Below, piece after piece: positions 46,816 through 54,973 of a stretch of DNA of 64,000 nt; the stretch's first letter is position 1; each line of letters starts with the position of its first letter. This stretch comes from an uncultured bacterium (GTDB taxonomy: Bacteria; Armatimonadota; HRBIN16). Made by a program: the position numbers and the translations under genes. The notes under the pieces are model-generated. The model was not told where the DNA came from and ran no database searches. It saw nothing but the letters and a program-made list of their open reading frames with translations. The stretch lies in the NCBI GenBank assembly GCA_964650005.1, contig CAZYPZ010000023.1, forward strand, positions 6,288-70,287. Reading direction: 5' to 3'.

Positions 46816-47708
46816 GGGTCACCGAGCGCTTTGCGTTTGAAGACTCCGTATACATAGGCGTGCTGTACCGCATATCCGTGTTCGCATCTCAGGCGTTTTG
46901 CCAGAGCGGTGAACAGTGCGTCCTGTACGGCGTGGATATCTTTGAACACGAACTGAGCGCCCGCCAGTGCGCCGCTGTTCATCAGCCATCGCCACATCTC
47001 CTCGATACTGCCTGTTTCGACAATCTGTTTGCCTTCACCGGCGTGGCAGATATCAAAACCTTGTCGGGTGAACCAGGATGTAAACGTCTCGAGCCCTGAT
47101 GGCATGTTGAACCGGATATCCATCACGCGTTGGATTTGAGATGGATGGCTGGTCATGACTTCGATAAACGCCTCTTCCACTCCCGCCAGCGTTCCCTTCC
47201 GATTCATGATTATCCCCGTGAGGCCTTCCGGGCGGAGTGCGCGGTGGATCTCGTTCACGACTTGAGCTGCCGGGAGATAGACCATCCCCCATCCGCAGTA
47301 CACCGCGTCGAGATGTCCATCCGGCAGATTCCGGAGAAATGGCAGGGCGTCCGCCGCCACGAAACGCGCACGCTTGTCGGTTACGCTGTGTTGGCATATT
47401 TCGATCATCTTCGGAGACAGGTCCACTCCGATGATCTCGAGCGGATGCGCCGGCAACAGCTGCAGCAGTCTTCGGGTGATGTGCGCCGTGCCACATGCCA
47501 GATCGACGACACGGCATGTATCGGTTTCCGAACGCGTCTCGGGGAGCGGCTCGAGTATCCGTTCGGTATGCCGGTGCATACGCTGTTGCCAAATGTCATA
47601 TGTATACGCTACCGAGTCGTAAGCGTTTTGAATGTGATTTTGGTTGACCCGATAGCCACGCAGCCAACGCTCCGCGATACGCAAATACCCATACCATGCC
47701 ATTGTCAT
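46797..47708 (-). CDS. Class I SAM-dependent methyltransferase
   Basis: VVDLACGTAHITRRL motif I. Start moved to MTMAWYG, whose ATG overlaps the upstream TGA in an ATGA arrangement. The track N-terminus reads through the neighbouring gene. Confidence 0.7.
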   Translation of the reverse strand: MTMAWYGYLRIAERWLRGYRVNQNHIQNAYDSVAYTYDIWQQRMHRHTERILEPLPETRSETDTCRVVDLACGTAHITRRLLQLLPAHPLEIIGVDLSPKMIEICQHSVTDKRARFVAADALPFLRNLPDGHLDAVYCGWGMVYLPAAQVVNEIHRALRPEGLTGIIMNRKGTLAGVEEAFIEVMTSHPSQIQRVMDIRFNMPSGLETFTSWFTRQGFDICHAGEGKQIVETGSIEEMWRWLMNSGALAGAQFVFKDIHAVQDALFTALAKRLRCEHGYAVQHAYVYGVFKRKALGDPCGPIG

Positions 47709-48292
47709 GAAGCAGAGAACCGGATGACGTAGAACCAGCCGCGACGGGTGACCCGGTCCGGTGTGAAACCGGCCTCCCGGCACTTCATCAGCAGCTCTTT
47801 GACAGTGAAGTATTGTACAGGCTCGAGCAGCAGGCGTTCCATCAGGCAAAGCGTCCAGGTGACCGGATGCCTGCGCTCGAAATCGTGCACTACCAGTATA
47901 CCGCCCGGACGTAACAGCCTTCGGGCTTCCTGCAACGCCTCGAGCGGCGCTGACAGATGGTGGAGTACATCTGAAAGCAATGCCCCGTGGAACTGCTGGT
48001 CGGGAAGCGGCGTGCTGGAGATGTCTGCCGCAACTGTTCGAATGCGGGGATGAGCCGGAACCCGCTGAAGCATGGCCTGGCTCACATCCACAACCGTAAC
48101 CGAGCGGCACTTTTGAACCAGGTGCATGGCATGGTGGCCAATGCCTCCGCCCAAATCCACCAGATCGTGTTCTGGGGTGAGCGCCAGATGAGCATCGATC
48201 AGTTCGGTGTGGTACAAACGCCAGAACCGCATGAAGCGGTCATAGTGCGGGGCGACAGTATCAAAGACGGGCATGACAGAGCGGGTGGGCAC
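47705..48292 (-). CDS. Class I SAM-dependent methyltransferase (195 aa)
   Basis: LVDLGGGIGHHAMHL motif I. Confidence 0.7.
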   Translation of the reverse strand: MPTRSVMPVFDTVAPHYDRFMRFWRLYHTELIDAHLALTPEHDLVDLGGGIGHHAMHLVQKCRSVTVVDVSQAMLQRVPAHPRIRTVAADISSTPLPDQQFHGALLSDVLHHLSAPLEALQEARRLLRPGGILVVHDFERRHPVTWTLCLMERLLLEPVQYFTVKELLMKCREAGFTPDRVTRRGWFYVIRFSAS

Positions 48293-48320
48293 CGTTGATG
48301 CCCACCCGATATACCTCCGA

Positions 48321-48851
48321 CTATTTGCGCGGAGCTCGTTTCGATGATGAGGGTGTGTTTGCGCGCGGTTTGGGTTTGCTGGATGACGGCGCGTTCACAG
48401 CGGGTTTTGAGGGCTTGACGTCTGCAGTCAACTGCTGCAACGAACGCTTCAGCGGTTGTACTCCGCTGTAACCGGACATGGTCAGCTTAGGCTGCACTTC
48501 GCCTTTGGCGTTGATGAACACCATATGAGGTATTCCCTCCACCTTATGCTGCTCTGCCAGTTTGCGCCCGTCCGCATCGGGTTCGCCCGTCAGGTCCACT
48601 TTCAGGAATACGGTCTTGCCAAGCAGATCGAGTACCGACTTGTCGGTCAGCGCCTCCTTTTTCAAAGAGCGGCAGGGTGGACACCAATCGGCCGTGAACA
48701 GCAGTACCACGGGCTTCTGCTGGGCCTTGGCGTCTTCGATGGCTTTCAACGTGGCGTTAGGTATCTCCGGGCCCTCTGCACGGGCGATCAGAGATGCGCC
48801 AAATAGCAGCGCCCCGACGAGGGCCATGACAGGCAGATGAATGGGTCTCAA
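48321..48851 (-). CDS. Secreted thioredoxin-family protein (TlpA/DsbE-like)
   Basis: Signal peptide, then WCPPC. TTG start behind GGAGGAG. Confidence 0.7.
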   Translation of the reverse strand: MRPIHLPVMALVGALLFGASLIARAEGPEIPNATLKAIEDAKAQQKPVVLLFTADWCPPCRSLKKEALTDKSVLDLLGKTVFLKVDLTGEPDADGRKLAEQHKVEGIPHMVFINAKGEVQPKLTMSGYSGVQPLKRSLQQLTADVKPSKPAVNAPSSSKPKPRANTPSSSKRAPRK

Positions 48852-49017
48852 ACTAATCTCCTCCTTTGTCCCGAAGGACAGGATGCGTATGGTGGTTTGC
48901 TATGTTGTTAGAGTACCCGACGGCCGGTCGGGTTACAGGCAGGCATTACCCTGCAACACGGCGAATATACCAACCGTGTGATGACCGCCAATCCGTGGAT
49001 AGCCCAGGAGTGATCCG

Positions 49018-51108
49018 ATGCATGACGAACTGATACAGCGTGCTGAAGCGCTGGCCAATCAGATGACCTCTGAGGAGTTGAGCTCACAGATGATCCATGA
49101 AGCGCCGGCGATACCGCGCCTGCGTGTTCCGACGTATAACTGGTGGAACGAGTGCCTTCATGGCGTCGGCCGTGCAGGTATCGCCACCGTGTTTCCTCAG
49201 GCGATCGGCCTGTCCGCCATGTGGGATACTGCGCGCATGTTCCAGATCGCCACGGTGATATCCGATGAAGCCCGGGCCAAGCATCATGAAGCGGTCCGGC
49301 AAGGGGACCGGGGATGGTACCGTGGCTTGACGTTCTGGAGCCCCAATATCAACATCTTTCGGGACCCGAGGTGGGGACGCGGTCAGGAGACCTATGGAGA
49401 GGATCCGTGGCTTACCGCGCGGATGGGGGTGGCTTTTGTCAAAGGTCTGCAAGGCGAGCATCCCAAATGGCTGAAACTTGTGGCCACACCGAAGCACTAT
49501 GCTGTGCACAGCGGACCGGAAGGGCTGCGTCACGCATTCGATGCGCGTGTCTCTCCACAGGATCTGTGGGCCACCTATCTGCCGGCCTTTGAGGCCTGTG
49601 TGCGCGAAGCCCGAGCCGCTTCGGTGATGGGGGCGTACAATCGGACCAATGGAGAAGCCTGTTGCGCCAGTCCCACGTTGCTGCAGCGCATCCTGCGGGA
49701 GACTTGGGGATTTGACGGATACGTGGTGTCGGACTGCGGCGCTATTGCCGACATCCATGCACATCATCGCCTGGCTCCGGATGCCGCTGCTGCCTCGGCG
49801 ATGGCCGTCCGTGCAGGATGCGACCTGGAATGCGGCTGTGAGTACGCCTGGTTGAAACAGGCGCTATCCGAAGGACTTTTGACCGAGGCAGACATGCGCC
49901 GATCGGTGACCCGGTTGATGCATGCCCGGTTGCGTTTAGGAATGCTGGAGCCGGAGGATCCCACGCCCTGGGGAAAGATCCCGTACGAAGTGGTCGGATG
50001 TGCAGATCACCGGTATGCGGCCCGGGAGGCCGCGCGAGCGTCGATCGTATTGTTGCGAAACGGAAATCCGGGCCTGCCGCTGCCTGAGGATGTGCGCGTG
50101 GCGGTGATCGGTCCGAACGCGCACAGGCCGGAGTCGCTGGTGGGCAACTACAACGGCACACCCTGTCTGCCTGTCACTCCCTTGGAGGGCATTGTGCGCA
50201 GGCTGGGAGGCAGCCGTGTGCGATACGCCGAGGGATGTGCGCCCGCATCCGAAGATCGGCATGGTTTTTCCGAGGCGGTTTCCGCAGCGATGCGCGCGGA
50301 TGTGACCGTGTTGTGTCTGGGACTCACCCCACAACTGGAAGGCGAGGAGGGCGACGCATACAACGCGGATGCATCGGGTGACCGGTTGCGACTGGGACTG
50401 CCGGGCGCCCAAGAGGCGCTGTTGCAGACGCTGCTGGACTGCAACACCCCGGTGGTCTTGGTGCTGCTGAATGGCGGCCCCATCACGTTACCGGCGGCCG
50501 CGGAGCGATGCGCCGCGGTGGTTGAACTGTGGTATCCGGGTGAGGAGGGCGGCAATGCTCTGGCCGACGTGCTGTTCGGCACAGTCAATCCGGCGGGCAG
50601 GATGCCTGTGACCACTGTGGCTGCGTTGGATCACTTGCCGGCGTTTGAGGACTACTCCATGGACGGGCGGACCTACCGGTACGCCAGGCACACCCCGCAA
50701 ACTCCGTTTGGGTTTGGGCTGTCCTATACCTCATTTGCGTACCGCAATCTAAAAGCTCCGGATCGCCTGGCCTGCGGTGATCCGTTGGCTTTGGGGTTTC
50801 AGGTGCATAACAGCGGTGCCTACGACGGAGAAGAGGTCATCCAAGTCTACGCATCGCGCTCGGTACCGGGTGTGCGGCTGCCCATCCGGGAACTGGTCAG
50901 CTTCCTGCGCGTCACTGTGCCGGCAGGCGGGGTACGCGACGTGGCGGTCGTGCTGGAGCCTCAACAGCTTGGCTATGTGGATCCATCCGGTGAAAGGGTC
51001 ACACCGCCGGGTGAGGTTACGCTGTCCATCGGCGGCAGTCAGGGTGATGCACGCAGTCTGGCTTTGGGGGCGGCGCCCGTACTCAAGCATCGTCTCTTGC
51101 TGCAGTAG
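49018..51108 (+). CDS. bglX: Glycoside hydrolase family 3 beta-glucosidase/beta-xylosidase
   Basis: GH3 N- and C-terminal domains, a GYVVSDCGAI motif (nucleophile Asp) and a fibronectin-like C-terminus. Confidence 0.85.
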   Translation: MHDELIQRAEALANQMTSEELSSQMIHEAPAIPRLRVPTYNWWNECLHGVGRAGIATVFPQAIGLSAMWDTARMFQIATVISDEARAKHHEAVRQGDRGWYRGLTFWSPNINIFRDPRWGRGQETYGEDPWLTARMGVAFVKGLQGEHPKWLKLVATPKHYAVHSGPEGLRHAFDARVSPQDLWATYLPAFEACVREARAASVMGAYNRTNGEACCASPTLLQRILRETWGFDGYVVSDCGAIADIHAHHRLAPDAAAASAMAVRAGCDLECGCEYAWLKQALSEGLLTEADMRRSVTRLMHARLRLGMLEPEDPTPWGKIPYEVVGCADHRYAAREAARASIVLLRNGNPGLPLPEDVRVAVIGPNAHRPESLVGNYNGTPCLPVTPLEGIVRRLGGSRVRYAEGCAPASEDRHGFSEAVSAAMRADVTVLCLGLTPQLEGEEGDAYNADASGDRLRLGLPGAQEALLQTLLDCNTPVVLVLLNGGPITLPAAAERCAAVVELWYPGEEGGNALADVLFGTVNPAGRMPVTTVAALDHLPAFEDYSMDGRTYRYARHTPQTPFGFGLSYTSFAYRNLKAPDRLACGDPLALGFQVHNSGAYDGEEVIQVYASRSVPGVRLPIRELVSFLRVTVPAGGVRDVAVVLEPQQLGYVDPSGERVTPPGEVTLSIGGSQGDARSLALGAAPVLKHRLLLQ

Positions 51109-51121
51109 GCTTTTGTCGACC

Positions 51122-51151
51122 GGTGCGGACAGAGGCCGAGCTGTCCGCACC
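51122..51151. terminator. Bidirectional hairpin between convergent genes (11-bp perfect stem GGTGCGGACAG / CTGTCCGCACC, 8-nt loop)
   Basis: Lies between the GH3 gene (+) stop and the thioredoxin-like gene (-) stop. There is no clear U-tract. Confidence 0.45.
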
Positions 51152-51156
51152 ACGGA

Positions 51157-51618
51157 TCACCGGTTGAGTTTCAAACCGCGCAGAACCTCGCTGAATGCGG
51201 AGCCGTCGAGATAGCTGTCCACAACCCCGCCGGGTATGTCCTTGCCGGAGCTGTCCTTGAACACCAGGGTGGGGAATCCGGTCACCCGGTACCGGTCCAC
51301 CAATTGCTGTTTATCCGGTGGCAACGGCTTATCGGTACAGTCGACCATCAGGATATCCGTATTCTGCAGCAACGAGACCACTCGTTTATCTGTCAACGTA
51401 TCCGACAGCATCATTTTGCAGTAACCGCACCATTCCGCGGTGAAGAACAGCATGACAGAGCGGTTGTTACGCACCGCCTGCTTTTCCCGTTCCGGAGTCC
51501 AGGTTTGTGGGGTCAGCGCATCGGTGCGCGTTTGCCAGTTGAGCATCAGAGCCAGCGCAACGCCGACCAACGTAAGCACCGCCAGCAGCGGCAGACTGGA
51601 TCGTTGATGTGGCCTCAT
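51157..51618 (-). CDS. Thioredoxin-like fold protein (membrane-anchored)
   Basis: WCGYC motif. Start chosen at MRPHQRSSLPLLAVLTLVGVALA. Confidence 0.6.
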   Translation of the reverse strand: MRPHQRSSLPLLAVLTLVGVALALMLNWQTRTDALTPQTWTPEREKQAVRNNRSVMLFFTAEWCGYCKMMLSDTLTDKRVVSLLQNTDILMVDCTDKPLPPDKQQLVDRYRVTGFPTLVFKDSSGKDIPGGVVDSYLDGSAFSEVLRGLKLNR

Positions 51619-51737
51619 GGTGATCCTCCCGCAAACGTGTCTCTGTGTCATGATATCCGACGAGCACGGCGCCTACCACAAGATAACCCGTTGCTGATGG
51701 GGTACCATGGGTTTATCGTCGCCATCAGGAGTACGCC

Positions 51738-51998
51738 ATGGCGCCCCGACAATGTCCCGGTCAGGATAGCCGATATTGGAAACCTGAAGACATCTACGAC
51801 GTGCCCTGTACCAACTGCGGCTTACCGATGGAGTTCTTCAAGACCGACCTGCGGCGAGCGTGCCCGCAGTGTGGCTCGCTCAATGTAAACCCCCGTAACG
51901 ATATGTCCTGCGCAGCGTGGTGCAAGTCGGCACCGGAGTGTCTGGCCCAACTGGGTATCGTGCTGACAGACGGTTCGGATCAGCAGTCATCCGGATAA
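51738..51998 (+). CDS. Small Cys-rich zinc-ribbon protein (86 aa)
   Basis: AGGAG RBS 6 nt upstream. CTNCG...CPQCG plus a C-terminal CAAWCKSAPEC cluster. Lies immediately upstream of the CODH/ACS cluster. Confidence 0.5.
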   Translation: MAPRQCPGQDSRYWKPEDIYDVPCTNCGLPMEFFKTDLRRACPQCGSLNVNPRNDMSCAAWCKSAPECLAQLGIVLTDGSDQQSSG

Positions 51999-52014
51999 TC
52001 GAACAGGCTATTTG

Positions 52015-52098
52015 TACCAGATGCCCTTACTCAAGTCATTCATCTACCAAATGTTGCGTAAACCATGTCGCTAAATGGTCGAATATTACCAAATGCCC
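52015..52098. promoter_or_regulatory. Three direct repeats TACCA(A/G)ATG(CCC) in an AT-rich region upstream of cooC
   Basis: TACCAGATGCCC at 52015..52026, TACCAAATG at 52045..52053 and TACCAAATGCCC at 52087..52098. The spacings of 30 and 42 bp keep the sites on the same helical face. Confidence 0.4.
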
Positions 52099-52217
52099 GC
52101 ACGAAATTACTAAGTCGATGCCGACGCGCTGGTCTGACAATATAGTGACATGCCGAGCGCTGCTTCCCGACAGCCGAGAAACATGCGCCCTCACGTCAGA
52201 TCGGCAAAGGATCGTGT

Positions 52218-53027
52218 ATGTCGCTCAAACTGGCTATCTCAGGCAAAGGCGGAGTCGGAAAGTCGACCGTCTGTGGAGTGCTCGCCCGCCTGTATGCAGC
52301 ATCCGGTCGACCTGTTCTGGCTATCGATGCCGACCCGGACGCTAACCTCGCCTCCGCGTTGGGCATGCCCGCAGAATTGCAGGCTTCCGTCCGCACCATC
52401 TCCGAACAGCGCCGCTTGGTCGAAGAGCGCACGGGCGCCAAGGCCAACCAGTACGGCCAAGTGTTCACCATCAACCCCGATGTGTCCGGTATTGCCGAAC
52501 AGTACGCAGTACGCCATGCCGGTGTGGATTTGCTGGTGCTGGGGGGGATCCCCAGTGCGGGCGGAGGGTGCAACTGTCCGGAGAGCGTGCTGCTGAAGTC
52601 GCTGGTACGGGAACTGGTACTGAAGCGCGATGACGTGGTGCTGCTGGACATGGAGGCGGGCATCGAGCACTTGGGGCGCGGCACGGCGATGGGAGTGGAT
52701 TTAATGCTGGCGGTTGTGGAACCCGGGCGACGCAGCGTGGATACCGCCGCACGCGTCCATCAGCTGTCTGCAGGCATCGGTATCCGTCAATTTGCCATTG
52801 TCGTCAACAAGGCCACCGATCCGGATGCTGACCGTCAATGGGTGTCAGACATGTATGGTGACGCGCCTATCTTGGGTGTCATACCGTATGATGCCCGCAT
52901 CGGAGAGGCTGACCGTACCGGCCGGTCGGTGGTGGATCTCAACGAACCGCCCCTGATCCAGCCATTTCAACAGATCTTGGAAGTCATCACCGAGCGTTAC
53001 GAGCGACACGATAGGAAACATTCATAA
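52218..53027 (+). CDS. cooC: CODH/ACS nickel-insertion accessory ATPase CooC (MinD family)
   Basis: LAISGKGGVGKST deviant Walker A and a CxC motif GGCNCPE; 269 aa. Confidence 0.85.
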   Translation: MSLKLAISGKGGVGKSTVCGVLARLYAASGRPVLAIDADPDANLASALGMPAELQASVRTISEQRRLVEERTGAKANQYGQVFTINPDVSGIAEQYAVRHAGVDLLVLGGIPSAGGGCNCPESVLLKSLVRELVLKRDDVVLLDMEAGIEHLGRGTAMGVDLMLAVVEPGRRSVDTAARVHQLSAGIGIRQFAIVVNKATDPDADRQWVSDMYGDAPILGVIPYDARIGEADRTGRSVVDLNEPPLIQPFQQILEVITERYERHDRKHS

Positions 53028-53052
53028 TATCGCCAATTCTGGAGGAGTGATC

Positions 53053-54102
53053 ATGGGTTTTGCACCGAAATGTCTGGCGACAGCCATAGGAAGTCTGCCC
53101 CACGCCGCTGCGGAGGATGCTGTCAATGTCGTTCTGGCCAGCATACCGTCTGCACCGATCTGGCCGCAGCTTCCAGCCAATGGAATGAACGAGCAGATGG
53201 AGATCCAGTATTCCGAAGGCATGCCTCGCGTGGTGATCGATCGTGAGAAGGAGCGCATGTACTTCGATACCTCCGGCGACTATTCCATGGATCTGGCTAC
53301 GTTCTATGAGAACTACATTGTGGAGAATTTCGATTATTTTCAGATCACGCCGGAGTTTTCCAAGGGTATCTACGCGCTCGAGTCGGTTTTACAGGCACAG
53401 GGCGGCAAAAGGCCGTTCGTGAAAGTGCAGACCACGGGACCGATGAGTTTCGGGTTGACCATCGTCGATGAAAACAAACGGGCGATCTTCTATAACCCGG
53501 AGTTTATCGATGTGGTGGTCAAGGCCCTGGCGATGAAGTGCCGCTGGCAGATCCGCAAGTTCCAGCCATATGCTGAACAGATCATCTGTTTCATCGACGA
53601 ACCGATCCTTTCCGCATTTGGCTCATCCACGTACGTCAGCGTCAGCCGTGATGATGTGGTGGCGAAGTTGAACGAAGTGGTCGAGGCGGTGCATGCCGAC
53701 GGCGCTCTGGCCGGAGTGCACTGCTGCGGCAATACCGAGTGGTCCATCTTGATAGACGCCGGCGTCGACATCGTCAACTTCGATGCGTTTGATTTCGGCG
53801 ATACCATCGCGTTGTACCCACAGGCGGTGAAGGCGCATCTGGAGGCCGGAAAGGTGCTGGCGTGGGGTGTGGTGCCCACCAACAGCGCCAAGATCCAGCA
53901 GCAGACTGTGGAGACGTTGATCGCCAAGTTCGATGAAGGCGTGGACAATCTGGCCAAGGCTGCCGGTATCAGCCGAGATCTGATCATCCAGCAGGCGATC
54001 ATCACGCCGTCCTGTGGTACAGGCTCGCTGCCGGTGCCCGATGCGGAACGGGTGTTCGATCTGCTGGGCCAGTTGAGTGCTGTTTTGCAGCAGAGACTGT
54101 AG
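53053..54102 (+). CDS. Single-domain MetE-like methyltransferase (core-MetE-like; cobalamin-independent methionine synthase catalytic-domain family)
   Basis: Strong GGAGGAG RBS. ICFIDEP (IQIDE-like) motif, VHCCG (H-x-C zinc ligands) and ITPSCGTG (SPDCGL-like Cys ligand). About 350 aa with no N-terminal MetE barrel. Confidence 0.6.
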   Translation: MGFAPKCLATAIGSLPHAAAEDAVNVVLASIPSAPIWPQLPANGMNEQMEIQYSEGMPRVVIDREKERMYFDTSGDYSMDLATFYENYIVENFDYFQITPEFSKGIYALESVLQAQGGKRPFVKVQTTGPMSFGLTIVDENKRAIFYNPEFIDVVVKALAMKCRWQIRKFQPYAEQIICFIDEPILSAFGSSTYVSVSRDDVVAKLNEVVEAVHADGALAGVHCCGNTEWSILIDAGVDIVNFDAFDFGDTIALYPQAVKAHLEAGKVLAWGVVPTNSAKIQQQTVETLIAKFDEGVDNLAKAAGISRDLIIQQAIITPSCGTGSLPVPDAERVFDLLGQLSAVLQQRL

Positions 54103-54115
54103 CCGAGGCGGATCG

Positions 54116-54907
54116 GTGCCGAAGTACACCATCGCATTGACGGGCAAAGGCGGAGTCGGCAAGACCACGCTGGCCTCACTGATCATCCGATGGCTGGTGT
54201 CTCAGGGAGAGACCCCTGTGCTGGCTGTCGATGCCGACTCCAATGCCAATCTGGACGAAGCGTTGGGCGTATCGTACACGGCCACCGTGGGAGGCATACG
54301 TGAGGACGCCCTGCGCATCGCCAAGGAGTTGACGGGTATCTCCAAACAGGAGTTTTTGGACCTGCGTGTTCAGGAGGCTCTGGTGGAATGCGAAGGGTTC
54401 GACCTGATCGTCATGGGGCGACCGGAAGGTCCCGGCTGTTACTGCTTCGCGAACAATGTGCTCCGTGACGTTATCCGCAAACTGTCGGATAACTACCGGC
54501 ACGTGGTGGTGGATAGCGAAGCGGGGCTGGAACACCTTTCGCGGCGGACGCTTCTGAAAGTGGATCTGCTGTGCATCGTGTCTGACTGCAGCGTGCGGGG
54601 TGTGCGAACCGCTGCGCGCATCGCACAATTGACCGATGACATGGGCACTCCGGTGGCCCATAAAGGGCTGATCATCAACCGTGCACCCGGCGGGGAGCTC
54701 ACGCAGCGGTTGCGCGATGAAGCGCAGGCAACGGGGCTCCCCCTGCTGGCCGTCATCCCGATGGATGACCAGATTGCTGCGATCGATGCCGATGGCAGCG
54801 CCATCAGTCAACTGGCCGGCGACTCACCGGCCAGTGAAACGCTGGGCGACATGCTCAGACGGTTTATGGAGTCCGCGATGCAGCCGGTCGAACCGGCGCA
54901 TCCGTAG
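54116..54907 (+). CDS. cooC: Second CooC/AcsF-type nickel-insertion ATPase
   Basis: IALTGKGGVGKTT Walker A and a CxC motif GPGCYC. GTG start; an alternative GTG at 54077 is possible. Confidence 0.8.
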   Translation: MPKYTIALTGKGGVGKTTLASLIIRWLVSQGETPVLAVDADSNANLDEALGVSYTATVGGIREDALRIAKELTGISKQEFLDLRVQEALVECEGFDLIVMGRPEGPGCYCFANNVLRDVIRKLSDNYRHVVVDSEAGLEHLSRRTLLKVDLLCIVSDCSVRGVRTAARIAQLTDDMGTPVAHKGLIINRAPGGELTQRLRDEAQATGLPLLAVIPMDDQIAAIDADGSAISQLAGDSPASETLGDMLRRFMESAMQPVEPAHP

Positions 54908-54973
54908 TACCGAAACACCCGCTGGCGCACCGTTCATGACGCCAGGCGACGACACATAAGGAGCCGACACGTA

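Noticed and set aside
54077-54115. Longer N-terminus for the second cooC (track start at 54077, GTG)
   Set aside because: It overlaps the MetE-like gene stop and adds a Cys/Arg-rich non-conserved 13 aa. The GTG at 54116 gives a canonical MinD-like N-terminus (PKYTIALTGKGG).
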